64,000 nucleotides of DNA from positions 1,381 through 65,380 of IMG/VR virus record IMGVR_UViG_3300028146_000001; one strand, written 5' to 3'. Below the pieces are notes generated by a model that was not told where the DNA came from, ran no database searches, and worked only from the letters and a program-made list of their open reading frames with translations. Positions within the stretch are counted from its first letter, which is position 1. Each line of letters opens with the position of its first letter. Shown piece after piece: positions 1-8,907 of this stretch. Both the position numbers and the translations under genes were made by a program. Source of the stretch: a virus. Taxonomy: Duplodnaviria; Caudoviricetes.

Positions 1-522
1 TCAACCAAGCCGAAAGTCCTGTGCCGACATTGTGAGCATCGAAAACAGATGGCCCGCCCTCTCATCGAAGATTGCCCCGATTGTGCCGCGCTTCGCAAAG
101 TTCTGACGCCGCCGAAGTCCAAGCCGAAGGCAAAAATCGAGCCGGAAGAGAACGGCAAGCCGATCACGGACGACGCGGGAGTTATTGTCCCGATCCGGTT
201 GATACCCGTGTTCAAGAGCCTTGAAGCGTTCAAAGAGGCCGAGCGGTTGCTGAATGCGACTAGCAAGGCGTTCAAGGTGATCGAAGAGGGGCCGTGTAAG
301 GATGTTAAGCCGGTCGCGGGATCGCAGCACTACCGGAAATTCTTCCCTACTTTCAAGTCTGCGAGGGAAAGATTGAAGGCCATGCGTCCGAGCCTTATCT
401 GTCCCGATTGCGAAGGGGAAGGATGCCGGAATTGTGGCGAGGCCAAGAACGCCGAGCAGGACATTGACGGCAAGGGATGGTTGACGGTGGAAGAGGCGGC
501 GTTGAAAACCAGTAGCACATAA
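1..522 (+). CDS. 5'-truncated hypothetical protein with several CxxC Zn-binding motifs
   Basis: Frame is open from base 1 (STKPKVLCRHCEHRKQ-MARP...). It carries CRHC, CPDC and CPDCEGEGCRNC motifs. Confidence 0.6.
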   Translation, partial: STKPKVLCRHCEHRKQMARPLIEDCPDCAALRKVLTPPKSKPKAKIEPEENGKPITDDAGVIVPIRLIPVFKSLEAFKEAERLLNATSKAFKVIEEGPCKDVKPVAGSQHYRKFFPTFKSARERLKAMRPSLICPDCEGEGCRNCGEAKNAEQDIDGKGWLTVEEAALKTSST

Positions 523-561
523 CAGATATTAGCGGACGCTCAAAGTAAAGGTTGACCTAAA

Positions 562-1014
562 TTGCGTGAGTTGAAGGCCGTACCAATGACGATCAAGAAG
601 GCGAACAAGATCATCGCCGCTTGGCATCGCACGCACAAGCCGATTCAGGGAGGTTTATTTGCTCTGGCCGTCGCTCGCGTTTCCGATGGTGAAGTGTGCG
701 GAGTGGCGATCATCGGCAGACCATGCAGGAAGTTGGACAACGGCAAAGTCGCAGAGGCCACAATAGTAGCAACAGACGGGACGCGCAATGCTTGCTCGAA
801 ACTGTACGCGATGGCGAGACGGATAACCGGCATCATGGGTTACGAAGAATTCACGACGTTGACCTTGCCGAGTGAAGGCGGCGCTTCGCTGCGTGGAGCT
901 GGATTGTTCGATCCGCTTCTGTGTGGCGGGGGCGATTGGAATGTTCCGAGCCGTCCGCGAAAAGACAAAGGCGTGTCGAAGGAAAAGAAGCATAGGTACA
1001 CGGCAAAGCTGTGA
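562..1014 (+). CDS. XF1762-family Mom-like GNAT-fold protein (putative DNA modification)
   Basis: Motifs ANxxIxxWHRTH, GVAIIGRP, ATDGTRNACSKLY and TLPSEGGASLRGAG are typical of the family. Confidence 0.75.
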   Translation: MRELKAVPMTIKKANKIIAAWHRTHKPIQGGLFALAVARVSDGEVCGVAIIGRPCRKLDNGKVAEATIVATDGTRNACSKLYAMARRITGIMGYEEFTTLTLPSEGGASLRGAGLFDPLLCGGGDWNVPSRPRKDKGVSKEKKHRYTAKL

Positions 1015-1023
1015 GGAAAGGCG

Positions 1024-1416
1024 ATGAAACAAACTAGCTGCAAACTCTGTGGCAAGACGTTCGTGCGCAACAACGGCATGTGGTTCACAACCTGCAACTG
1101 CGCGAAAGACAGGCCAGCCGAACTTGAGGCCGCGCAACCCACGACGAAACGCGGCTATGAGAAGCCAAAGCAGGCTGGTTTCTATTGGGCGCTCTGGATC
1201 AAGAAAGCTAGGGGTACGCACGAAGAAAATGAGGGTTTGAGCGGGCAATGGGAGATCGTCGAGGTGTGGGAGAACTTTACAGGCGAGCCATGCGAAGCCG
1301 ATGCGGACGAAAAATTCGGCGTCTCGGTTGTTGGCGTTCGTGAAACGCAATGGCTCAACAACTTCGTGTGGGGTTTTGGACCAATCGAGCAAAAAGAGTC
1401 ACCGCAGACAACGTAA
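1024..1416 (+). CDS. hypothetical protein
   Basis: GAGGA RBS; packed in the operon; KPKQAGFYW motif is common in small phage proteins. Confidence 0.6.
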   Translation: MKQTSCKLCGKTFVRNNGMWFTTCNCAKDRPAELEAAQPTTKRGYEKPKQAGFYWALWIKKARGTHEENEGLSGQWEIVEVWENFTGEPCEADADEKFGVSVVGVRETQWLNNFVWGFGPIEQKESPQTT

Positions 1417-1453
1417 TTTATCGCACATAACCGGCATTAGAGGACGTTGTGAA

Positions 1454-1615
1454 ATGAATATTCAATGTACCGGATGCGGAGCGTTCTTCGACGTGGAGAA
1501 CTACGACTATCCGATTTATTGTCCGAAGTGCCAGGATTACGGGGAATGGGAAGAAGAAGGCCGCGACCTATCCGCAGATATTAAAGACCTTGACGATCAC
1601 GAATTGCCTTTTTGA
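1454..1615 (+). CDS. small zinc-ribbon protein
   Basis: MNIQCTGC...YCPKC, acidic tail ending in ELPF; AGAGG RBS. Confidence 0.6.
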   Translation: MNIQCTGCGAFFDVENYDYPIYCPKCQDYGEWEEEGRDLSADIKDLDDHELPF

Positions 1616-1636
1616 TTTACCTCACGGAGAACTATT

Positions 1637-2095
1637 GTGGCAAAACCGAAAGAAGAATCATTGCTCGATCTGCCGGTTCAATTCGGCGGAACTTCCAGCG
1701 GAAAGAAAACTGTCCGCGTCGGCATCACCGTGGATCGGGAGCATTTGAAACTCCCCAAAGCCGATTCAACGCTCTGTGACCGCCGCCTTACCGTGACCAT
1801 CTTCGCCAACGCTCAAGGCGATCAACCAGGGCAGAAGCGTTTGCCAGGGATGGAAGATGACCTTGAACTTACTGGCGTTGCTGACGTGAAAGCGTTTTCG
1901 GTCCACTCAACAACCATCACGTTCGGGCTGACTTTCAACCGCGCGGAGGTCCGCAAAGCGACCGCGAAAAAAGGCGTGCAATTCTCCGACTTCTCCGCGC
2001 GGGAAGGGCGGTTGATGATCGCAGATGTTTCCGACATTCCTGAACCGGAAAAGAGCGAACCCGAAGAGGAACCGACCGATGGCGACGAAGAGTAA
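1637..2095 (+). CDS. hypothetical protein with acidic C-terminus
   Basis: GGAGA RBS, GTG start, 152 aa. Confidence 0.7.
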   Translation: MAKPKEESLLDLPVQFGGTSSGKKTVRVGITVDREHLKLPKADSTLCDRRLTVTIFANAQGDQPGQKRLPGMEDDLELTGVADVKAFSVHSTTITFGLTFNRAEVRKATAKKGVQFSDFSAREGRLMIADVSDIPEPEKSEPEEEPTDGDEE

Positions 2096-2429
2096 CATGG
2101 TCATGTGCTTCGTCTGCCCAGGAGCGCCAGCGCGAAAAATCTGTGTTGTCAATCATCGGGAGTCTGGGAAGTGCAAGCGTCCCCATGAAGTTCCTGCCGA
2201 CGCTCTTTGGAGCGGAGAATATCCGGTTGATGAGTTCCGCGATCTTGTTAATGACGTGAAACACCACCGCAAAGAGAACCGGAACGCTCTCCGTCGCTGG
2301 CAGACAAAGCACGCGAAGTTGCTCCGCATGAAAACCGCTCCCGCTTTCTCCGCGTTCAAACAGAAGGCTCTCGACGATCACGTTCGAGATAAACCGAAAT
2401 TCAGCTTCAAACCGCGAAGGGCAGTTTAA
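2079..2429 (+). CDS. hypothetical protein
   Basis: Overlaps both neighbours; TAATG coupling to the next gene. Confidence 0.55.
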   Translation: MATKSNMVMCFVCPGAPARKICVVNHRESGKCKRPHEVPADALWSGEYPVDEFRDLVNDVKHHRKENRNALRRWQTKHAKLLRMKTAPAFSAFKQKALDDHVRDKPKFSFKPRRAV

Positions 2430-2647
2430 TGGCCTCCATCTGCAAATCATGCCGAGCGCCGATCAAGTGGATTCAGATGGCGAAAAGCGGCAAGAAGAAT
2501 CCTCTCGACGTGCAACCGACGCCGGATGGAAACGTCGCGATTGGCGGCGACGGCTTGGGATACATCGTCAACGACATGAACCGCAAACCGCCGTTATACA
2601 AATCGCATTTTGCAACTTGTCCGAACGCCCAGCAGCATAAGAAGTAA
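2429..2647 (+). CDS. conserved phage Zn-binding protein (CxxC...SHFATCP)
   Basis: CKSCRAPIKW and SHFATCPNA motifs. Confidence 0.75.
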   Translation: MASICKSCRAPIKWIQMAKSGKKNPLDVQPTPDGNVAIGGDGLGYIVNDMNRKPPLYKSHFATCPNAQQHKK

Positions 2648-2661
2648 CCACCCATAACCCC

Positions 2662-2871
2662 ATGAAGGAGAAACCAGTGGCAGCGAAAACGGAAACCGCC
2701 GATCCAAACACACCAGCAAAGCCGCTCTCGATATTCGACCGGCACAGCGCCAAAACAAATCTCATGAACCGGATAATGCGGGCCTTGAAAGACGCTCCGG
2801 ACGATGAAACACGTCAGGCGTTGATTGACGAAGTTGCCGCCTTTAACAAGTTCAAACCAAAAGAAAGTTAA
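2662..2871 (+). CDS. hypothetical protein (a GTG start near 2677 is also possible)
   Basis: AAGGAG lies just before GTG 2677; predicted helical. Confidence 0.6.
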   Translation: MKEKPVAAKTETADPNTPAKPLSIFDRHSAKTNLMNRIMRALKDAPDDETRQALIDEVAAFNKFKPKES

Positions 2872-2874
2872 ACG

Positions 2875-3507
2875 ATGAGCGAAACAATTCAATACCGTGG
2901 CATCAAGGACTTCCCAGGCTATCGCATCGGCGATGATGGTAGCGTTTGGACTTGCAGACTCACATTCACTTCATTGCAAGGTCAAAACGCTCCGTCGTTT
3001 GCATGGATAAAAATGTCTCTTCCAGTCAGGGAGGATGGGTACGTATACGTCACACTCTATCGAGCGAGCAGGAAGTTTACTCGCTATGTCCATCGCCTTG
3101 TCCTTGAATCTTTCGTCGGCCCGTGTCCAGAAGGAATGGAGGCGTGCCATTATCCAGACAAAACCAGAAGCAATAACCGTCTGAGGAATCTCCGGTGGGA
3201 TACGAGGCCAGAAAATCACAAGGATAGGTTCAGGGACATGACGCCGATAATTAATAAACGATGTCCACGTTGCGGATTCGTGAAGAAAAGGAGTCTTTTC
3301 GGATCGACCAGCAAAAATTATGCTGGCGTTCCGGTTTGGTGTAATGATTGCGTTTGCAGCGAAAATCGCGTTCAGTACGCGAAACGAAGATGCTTGAAGG
3401 CGATGCAGAGCCTTCCCGACGATGCCGCGCGGGACCGCGTTCTTCAATTCATCAACAGCAAATGGCAGACAAAGCCGAGTGAGCCGCAGATTGGCAAACC
3501 GGCGTGA
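2875..3507 (+). CDS. NUMOD4-HNH homing-type endonuclease with extra C-terminal domain
   Basis: IKDFPGYRIGDDGSVW (NUMOD4); YVHRLVLESFVGPCPEGMEACH...NNRLRNLRWDT..EN (HNH_3). Confidence 0.85.
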   Translation: MSETIQYRGIKDFPGYRIGDDGSVWTCRLTFTSLQGQNAPSFAWIKMSLPVREDGYVYVTLYRASRKFTRYVHRLVLESFVGPCPEGMEACHYPDKTRSNNRLRNLRWDTRPENHKDRFRDMTPIINKRCPRCGFVKKRSLFGSTSKNYAGVPVWCNDCVCSENRVQYAKRRCLKAMQSLPDDAARDRVLQFINSKWQTKPSEPQIGKPA

Positions 3508-3568
3508 TCGTCCATCTCGCCAGCCGTGGGGGACCACGGGCCTTGTGGCAGGATGGGGCGAGTGGTTT

Positions 3569-3641
3569 GCGGGTATAGCTCAAATGGCAAGAGCGCTGGC
3601 CTTCCAAGTCAGACGTGGCGGTTCGAGTCCGCTTACCCGCA
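3569..3641 (+). tRNA. tRNA-Gly (TCC), CCA not encoded
   Basis: Acceptor GCGGGTA/TACCCGC; D-arm GCTC..GAGC; anticodon arm CTGGC-CTTCCAA-GTCAG; T-loop GTTCGAGT. Confidence 0.92.
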
Positions 3642-3658
3642 TTTCTCAGGAGTCGCCG

Positions 3659-4102
3659 ATGGCTTTCACCGATTCAGGTTATAAGGACTGGAAACGCGGT
3701 CATTGCACACTCGTTTGCATCCATCACGCAGACTACGATGCGATGCTCGATAGGATGCAACCGGAGTTCCGCAAGCTCAACGCCACGGTTGAAGAGTTGG
3801 ATGAAGCGAGTCTTTGGTTATGGGAGCATCCCGACGAGCTATCCCGATCTTGGGGGGAGCATGGTGGGTTGATCCGCTTGGCGATCTGGCGAAGGCGAAA
3901 AGAATTGAAAGCCGCCGCCGAACGCAAGGCACGGTGGGAAGGAAACTCGCAACAGGCTCATGTCCTCTCGATGAAACTTGGCGTTCCCGAAGCGGAACGA
4001 TCCTGCCCGAAGTGTTTGAAGCCAACGCCGGTATCGAAGCTAACCCGAAATTGGTGTGATACCTGTTGTGCGGAGTTTGATCTAATCAAAAAGAAAGGGT
4101 AA
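3659..4102 (+). CDS. hypothetical protein with C-terminal CxxC..CxxC
   Basis: CAGGAG RBS before ATG 3659. Confidence 0.65.
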   Translation: MAFTDSGYKDWKRGHCTLVCIHHADYDAMLDRMQPEFRKLNATVEELDEASLWLWEHPDELSRSWGEHGGLIRLAIWRRRKELKAAAERKARWEGNSQQAHVLSMKLGVPEAERSCPKCLKPTPVSKLTRNWCDTCCAEFDLIKKKG

Positions 4103-4105
4103 ATC

Positions 4106-4360
4106 ATGGGCTTTCAGAAAGATTCAACTGGCGAACGGCACAAAAATCAACCGGACGGGCATCGGCATCTTTTCAATGTGATTGACGAGAACGACGAATT
4201 TGAAGCTCGTCAACAATTGGTGAAGATATTCGGAGCAAAGAAAGGATTCGCCGCCACATTGGTTCGAGGCTATCGAAAAGGCATCGACGTTCCAGGGAAA
4301 GGTTGGAGATATTTCAGCAACGGATTCACAGCTTTTCTGCCGGTCAATTTCAGGGAGTGA
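4106..4360 (+). CDS. hypothetical protein
   Basis: Packed in the operon. Confidence 0.55.
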   Translation: MGFQKDSTGERHKNQPDGHRHLFNVIDENDEFEARQQLVKIFGAKKGFAATLVRGYRKGIDVPGKGWRYFSNGFTAFLPVNFRE

Positions 4361-4362
4361 GC

Positions 4363-4782
4363 ATGAAAATTACCAAGGAAGACAACGCGGCTTTGCACTA
4401 CGAATTGATCCACTCTCTGAAATGTGGATGGTGCAACAAGCCGACGCCGCAAGGATGCGATCCGGCTCACCTGATCGGAAACGCAGCGGGAGGTTCTTTC
4501 CTGCGCTGCAACATGATTGCGATATGCCGGAATTGCCACAGCACCAGCCACAACGCCAACAGCGGGAATCAGCAGCATCCGAATCCGAAAGACTTGTTGA
4601 AGAAGGTGGCTCAACGGGAAAAGGTATCGCCGGAACAAATTCGCGCGATCGTGTGGTTCATCAGCCGCCTCGATAAGCACGATTCACGCGAGCGTATCGA
4701 GGAGAAGATCGACAATTGGGAAGCGGGGCAGATGGTGAAGTGGATCGTGCGTCGAGAGTTGGTTGAAGCTGGAAAACTTTAG
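4363..4782 (+). CDS. HNH-like (Ref/DUF968/NinG-type) Zn nuclease-fold protein
   Basis: CGWC...DPAHLIG...GG....NMIAICRNCH...H. Confidence 0.65.
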   Translation: MKITKEDNAALHYELIHSLKCGWCNKPTPQGCDPAHLIGNAAGGSFLRCNMIAICRNCHSTSHNANSGNQQHPNPKDLLKKVAQREKVSPEQIRAIVWFISRLDKHDSRERIEEKIDNWEAGQMVKWIVRRELVEAGKL

Positions 4783-4792
4783 GAGAAGCCAC

Positions 4793-5065
4793 ATGCGTGT
4801 TGAGTTTTACGGCGTTGCCGACATGCTTTCGCAAGAGACGACAAAAATTATTGCCAGTCAGCGCAAAGACCTTGCGCCGTCTATCGCAAAGATATGGGAC
4901 GACGGCATGATACCGTCTTTGGCTCTCCACACCGCTTCCCTAGCGACCGGCGATCCGACCAAGATTCCAATGTCCTGCCGTCATATCATAGCGGCGCTCG
5001 CCAACCACGCGATGATGCTGATTTGCCGTGAGATTGCCGAGAAAGATCAAGCGGAAGCGAATTAG
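4793..5065 (+). CDS. hypothetical protein
   Basis: AGGAG RBS. Confidence 0.6.
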   Translation: MRVEFYGVADMLSQETTKIIASQRKDLAPSIAKIWDDGMIPSLALHTASLATGDPTKIPMSCRHIIAALANHAMMLICREIAEKDQAEAN

Positions 5066-5074
5066 GAGCCTGTC

Positions 5075-5344
5075 ATGAGCGATTGCCCAGGCCGGTTTAA
5101 GTGTCACGGTCCCGCGTCATGGTGTGACAAATGCGGCGACGTAGACCTTATCTGTGATGATCCAAAGTGCGACATCCACTTACGCACGATGGAGTTAGTC
5201 ATCATGGAAGCGACTGCCGCAAAGAAAATGGACGAAGCGCATGCAGCCTACAGGGAAGCATCGAAAGAATGGGCAGAGGCATCGGCCAAATTGACCCGAT
5301 TCAAAACCGGAAACGTGGTGATGGTCGCGAGGAATCAGCCGTGA
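5075..5344 (+). CDS. Cys-rich hypothetical protein with coiled coil
   Basis: AGGAG RBS; Cys/His cluster. Confidence 0.6.
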   Translation: MSDCPGRFKCHGPASWCDKCGDVDLICDDPKCDIHLRTMELVIMEATAAKKMDEAHAAYREASKEWAEASAKLTRFKTGNVVMVARNQP

Positions 5345-5634
5345 GTGAGCAATGGTCCCGTGATGCCGCCGAAGCGATGAAAGATCATTTCTGCCCGCCA
5401 GGAATGACGCCGGTTATGTTCAACTGCCAAGGATGCGGCTTGAAGAACGAAGTCGTCAACGTCGAAGCCAGAAAGACCAACGAAGACATCGTTAAGTGGA
5501 TGAAGAAAGTGACCAGCGCGGTCAATATCCGGCACACGATGAAGTCAATGAGTTGCACAAGTACAAAGTGCGACCTAGTTATTCCGCTTCCGAAGGACGG
5601 CAATTTTATTGGTGCAGAACAAGGTGGAAAATGA
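5341..5634 (+). CDS. hypothetical protein
   Basis: GTGA and ATGA coupling at the two ends. Confidence 0.6.
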   Translation: MSEQWSRDAAEAMKDHFCPPGMTPVMFNCQGCGLKNEVVNVEARKTNEDIVKWMKKVTSAVNIRHTMKSMSCTSTKCDLVIPLPKDGNFIGAEQGGK

Positions 5635-5924
5635 GCCGTTCCTGCCGATGGGTCGAGGCCGACAAGGTTCTCCTGATAACTCAGGACGGGAAAGTGACTC
5701 CATACACCGTTACCGAACTAGAAACAGATGACCGCGTTGCCAAGCCAGCGTTCCGGTTGCACAAGACGAATGGAACTTTCTATGACGTTCACGGCGATAA
5801 ATATGGAGTTCATTGCACCTGTGCGGATTCGGTGTATCGATCAAGATTGTGCAAACACGGGGCGGCATTAATCGCCGTCAAACTTATATCACGGGATCAA
5901 CATGAAAGCCAAAAAGAAAGCTAA
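5631..5924 (+). CDS. SWIM zinc-finger protein
   Basis: HCTCADSVYRSRLCKH matches CxC-xn-CxH. Confidence 0.8.
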   Translation: MSRSCRWVEADKVLLITQDGKVTPYTVTELETDDRVAKPAFRLHKTNGTFYDVHGDKYGVHCTCADSVYRSRLCKHGAALIAVKLISRDQHESQKES

Positions 5925-6114
5925 TCGGCACAACCCGTTCACTGTTGATATCATCTACGCTTTTCTTGATGTTACCGATGGCATGAAGCCGCACGACTAT
6001 TTTTCGCACATGGGCGGAACGAAGGAACGGGCCGATGAAGTCAGTCGAATTCGAGCAGAGGCGTTTGAGATGTTCGGTAAAGCATGGCTTAATTCCAAGG
6101 GAGAAAATTCATGA
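5902..6114 (+). CDS. hypothetical protein
   Basis: Packed in the operon. Confidence 0.5.
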   Translation: MKAKKKANRHNPFTVDIIYAFLDVTDGMKPHDYFSHMGGTKERADEVSRIRAEAFEMFGKAWLNSKGENS

Positions 6115-6311
6115 AGAACAGCAAGAAGAGAACGCTTCTACGTGAGGCAGGGTGGAGGTTATTTGGACGTGACGGATACTTCATGATCCACGACCGATTC
6201 GCGCCCACAGCCGTTCGGTTGATGATTGCATGGAAAATCTACATGGCCGAAACTGAACGTCGCCGAGAAGAAAACGCCAAGTGGGGAAAGCAGCATGTCT
6301 CTATTTCCTGA
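6111..6311 (+). CDS. hypothetical protein
   Basis: ATGA coupling; GGGAG RBS. Confidence 0.5.
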   Translation: MKNSKKRTLLREAGWRLFGRDGYFMIHDRFAPTAVRLMIAWKIYMAETERRREENAKWGKQHVSIS

Positions 6312-6741
6312 AATGTCCGAGGCGATCAAGTTCTTCGTGACAGGCGAACCAATCGCCCAGCCACGACAAAGGCACGCTTACCGGAACGGGATTGTTATGT
6401 CGTACATCCCCCAGGATCATCCGATATGGGCATTCAAGCAAGCGGTTCAGTTGATGGCAAAGTTGGCGTACAATGGGAAGCCGCTCGAAGGCCCGCTTCG
6501 CGTCAGCCTGTTGTTTCTGATGCCGAGGCCAGGGAGATTGATATGGAAGACGCGACCGATGCCGCGCGTGTGGCAACCAGCAAAGCCCGACGCTGACAAT
6601 ATGGCCAAGGCTGTTATGGATTCGCTCAATAAGCATTTGTGGGCCGACGATGCGCAGATTGTTGACCTTCATGCCGTAAAGATGTACGCCTCTAGCGACG
6701 AGTCCCCAGGCGTTGAGGTAATGGTTCAGGAGCTTGTTTGA
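6295..6741 (+). CDS. rusA: RusA-family Holliday junction resolvase
   Basis: GEPIAQPRQR and KPDADNMAKAVMDSLNKHLWADDAQIV catalytic Asp/Lys motif. Confidence 0.92.
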   Translation: MSLFPEMSEAIKFFVTGEPIAQPRQRHAYRNGIVMSYIPQDHPIWAFKQAVQLMAKLAYNGKPLEGPLRVSLLFLMPRPGRLIWKTRPMPRVWQPAKPDADNMAKAVMDSLNKHLWADDAQIVDLHAVKMYASSDESPGVEVMVQELV

Positions 6742-6965
6742 TTCAAATGAGAAAAGCAAAATCGGTAATCAAACAAATATTACGCGAGAAAACGGTTGTT
6801 GATTTGCAGATCGAGTTGCAGGCATCCTATCAACAGCTTGCGTACCTATGGGAATCGACCGGCTCTTGCCCGTGCGGAGCAAGAAAAGAATCTCCCAGCA
6901 CTCACCCGCATGTTATTTCCTGCCCGACAGCTAAAGCGGTTCTCTTCATGAAAGGCAAAGAATAA
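6738..6965 (+). CDS. hypothetical protein
   Basis: Coupled ORF; CPCG..H..C motif. Confidence 0.5.
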   Translation: MIQMRKAKSVIKQILREKTVVDLQIELQASYQQLAYLWESTGSCPCGARKESPSTHPHVISCPTAKAVLFMKGKE

Positions 6966-7192
6966 TGGCTAATCCGTGGATCGTCTTAATTTCCGCGCTT
7001 GACCAAGATCAGGCCCACGCCGATGAGTGGTGGAGGAGTGCGAGCATAGAAGAAAAGATACTCGTCTGGTTGGTGATGCAAAGAGACTGCTAAACACATG
7101 AAGAAGAAATAATATCCCGCATGGCCCAGAACGAGTTTCTTAGATTGGCGGTAAAGAACGAAATACCAGAGGCCAGCGATGAGGTATTGTAG
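6965..7192 (+). pseudogene. 75-codon ORF interrupted by an in-frame TAA (7091-7093)
   Basis: MANPW...QRDC*THEEEIISRMAQNEFLRL...EVL*; the uninterrupted frame would fill the gap between coupled neighbours. Confidence 0.5.
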
Positions 7193-7424
7193 TTCTTGCG
7201 GCTGTCCTCGACTGGATACATCGCTCGATCCGTGTCCCGAATGTGGAGATTGGCAATTCTCAATCGTGCCGCAGATTCAACATCAAGGTTGGCTTGAAAG
7301 AGGCGGCAAACCAGTGGAACTTGTGCAAGGGGAGTTATTCAATGTCCCGACCTCGACCAAGACACCGCAACCGTCGCCGCAGACGGGAGATCAACGAACA
7401 CCACAACCCGATAAAGCGGGATGA
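7179..7424 (+). CDS. zinc-ribbon protein
   Basis: CSSC...CPECG. Confidence 0.5.
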   Translation: MRYCSSCGCPRLDTSLDPCPECGDWQFSIVPQIQHQGWLERGGKPVELVQGELFNVPTSTKTPQPSPQTGDQRTPQPDKAG

Positions 7425-7529
7425 ATTGGTAACGCTGGTATGTACCGGATGCTACAAAACCTGTTTCGCCAAGGGGAACCTGGAAGATCGGACGTGTAAC
7501 CGATGCCAAAGTCCGATGGTGGAGGCAAG

Positions 7530-7784
7530 ATGATGCCTCAGAGAAGATTTTGTTCTTTGTGCGATATTTTCTTGCTCGATCCGAGCGAGAAGAATGTGTG
7601 TCCGACGTGCCTTGAGCGAGTGGCGATTGATCCGGTTGTGCAATACGTGAATTGCCCACGATGCGGAAGGTTTCAACCAGACGATGATGTTTTTGAGTGT
7701 AATTTTTGTTGGATGACAATTTGTTCTGGGTGCTGCTACGACGAACACAATCAAGACGTATGCTACGATGACGAAGAATATTAG
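7530..7784 (+). CDS. Cys-rich multi-Zn-finger protein
   Basis: Multiple CxxC motifs; GGAGG RBS. Confidence 0.55.
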   Translation: MMPQRRFCSLCDIFLLDPSEKNVCPTCLERVAIDPVVQYVNCPRCGRFQPDDDVFECNFCWMTICSGCCYDEHNQDVCYDDEEY

Positions 7785-7792
7785 AGGCAAGG

Positions 7793-8074
7793 ATGGCTGA
7801 AATTCAGATCAAGGTAATAACCCGCGTCAGCGAGCGTTGTATCTGGGTCCGCCTCGAAGAAGGCGACATGCCCGAACTTATGATGCCACGCTGCATGATC
7901 CGGCACGGCGAATGGCTCTCGGAAGGCGAGCGTGACTTGATCTTGGACGTGTCCACTATGTTGTACGCGGAGATTAAGGAAGTCATCCGGCGAGCCAAGG
8001 TAACGGAAGGGAAAAAAGCGGTCCAACTTCAAAGGGAAGTTTGGGACGAAAACAAAAGGAGAGCGGGACAGTGA
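7793..8074 (+). CDS. hypothetical protein
   Basis: Packed in the operon. Confidence 0.55.
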   Translation: MAEIQIKVITRVSERCIWVRLEEGDMPELMMPRCMIRHGEWLSEGERDLILDVSTMLYAEIKEVIRRAKVTEGKKAVQLQREVWDENKRRAGQ

Positions 8075-8277
8075 TTGACAGCAAACAATACGAAGTCCGT
8101 TTGGCAAAGCAGAGCGGCGGTAAGGCTGGCAAAGGCCGAAACAAAACCTCAACGGTCCAAGTCCTTTACCGTTCCTGCATCGTGAAGTTGTTTCGATTTG
8201 ATTTGGATGAGACTGGTTCGTTTCGCAAAGCATGGGATAAGGCCAAACAGTACGTCAAAGATCGGAGCAAGCCGTGA
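8071..8277 (+). CDS. hypothetical protein
   Basis: GTGA coupling. Confidence 0.55.
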   Translation: MIDSKQYEVRLAKQSGGKAGKGRNKTSTVQVLYRSCIVKLFRFDLDETGSFRKAWDKAKQYVKDRSKP

Positions 8278-8498
8278 ACCTCCACATCTACCCAGCCAAC
8301 TATAACGAAGCGTGCTACACATGCCCATGTTTGCCGTTCCCACACGCGAACCACGTTTACAAGCGAAGAGGGCTAGGCTTTTTGCATTGTACTTGGTGCA
8401 ACAAAAGAGTTGTCGCGGTTTCGGCTGGACAAGATGAGCCGTTCGCTATATGTCCTGTTTGCGGAAGTACAGATTGTATTCCAGGCCCAATTTCGTAA
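8274..8498 (+). CDS. zinc-ribbon protein
   Basis: CTWC...CPVCGS; GTGA coupling. Confidence 0.5.
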   Translation: MNLHIYPANYNEACYTCPCLPFPHANHVYKRRGLGFLHCTWCNKRVVAVSAGQDEPFAICPVCGSTDCIPGPIS

Positions 8499-8574
8499 GC
8501 AAAGGAGTATTGAACATGGACGACCAAGAATTTCCGTGGCCCATCGAAATCGGCGAGAATGGGGGAGCGTAGCA

Positions 8575-8907
8575 ATGCCGCTAATCACTCGCGCAGAAGC
8601 CGTAGCCCGCGTCAAACAGCTTCCCAGCCAACACCGCCGCATAGCTTGGGCGCTATCCTGGGATTACCCCGACATCGAGATTGCCGAAGTCGCCCTAATC
8701 CCCCTTGCCGCCGTGCGTGAGCATATCGCTACCATTTGCCAAGTTCTCCAATGCGATGAACGCGGCATCGGGTTGGTAATGGCATTGGGAGAGGGTATCA
8801 GAACGCCAGAATTTCAGGAGTGGCCCATGCACCGCACACCGCCGCAGATGAAGAAACCGATTGGCAACGAAGGCATATTGAATGGCCCGCAAATCCCCCC
8901 AGCTTGA
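8575..8907 (+). CDS. LuxR/sigma-4-like HTH protein
   Basis: LPSQHRRIAWAL...DIEIAEV..IPLAAVREHIATICQVL. Confidence 0.65.
   Translation: MPLITRAEAVARVKQLPSQHRRIAWALSWDYPDIEIAEVALIPLAAVREHIATICQVLQCDERGIGLVMALGEGIRTPEFQEWPMHRTPPQMKKPIGNEGILNGPQIPPA

Noticed and set aside
8516-8572. 18-aa ORF with AAGGAG fused by slippage at GGGGG to the HTH gene
   Set aside because: The downstream gene has its own GGGGGAG SD and ATG, so no fusion is needed.
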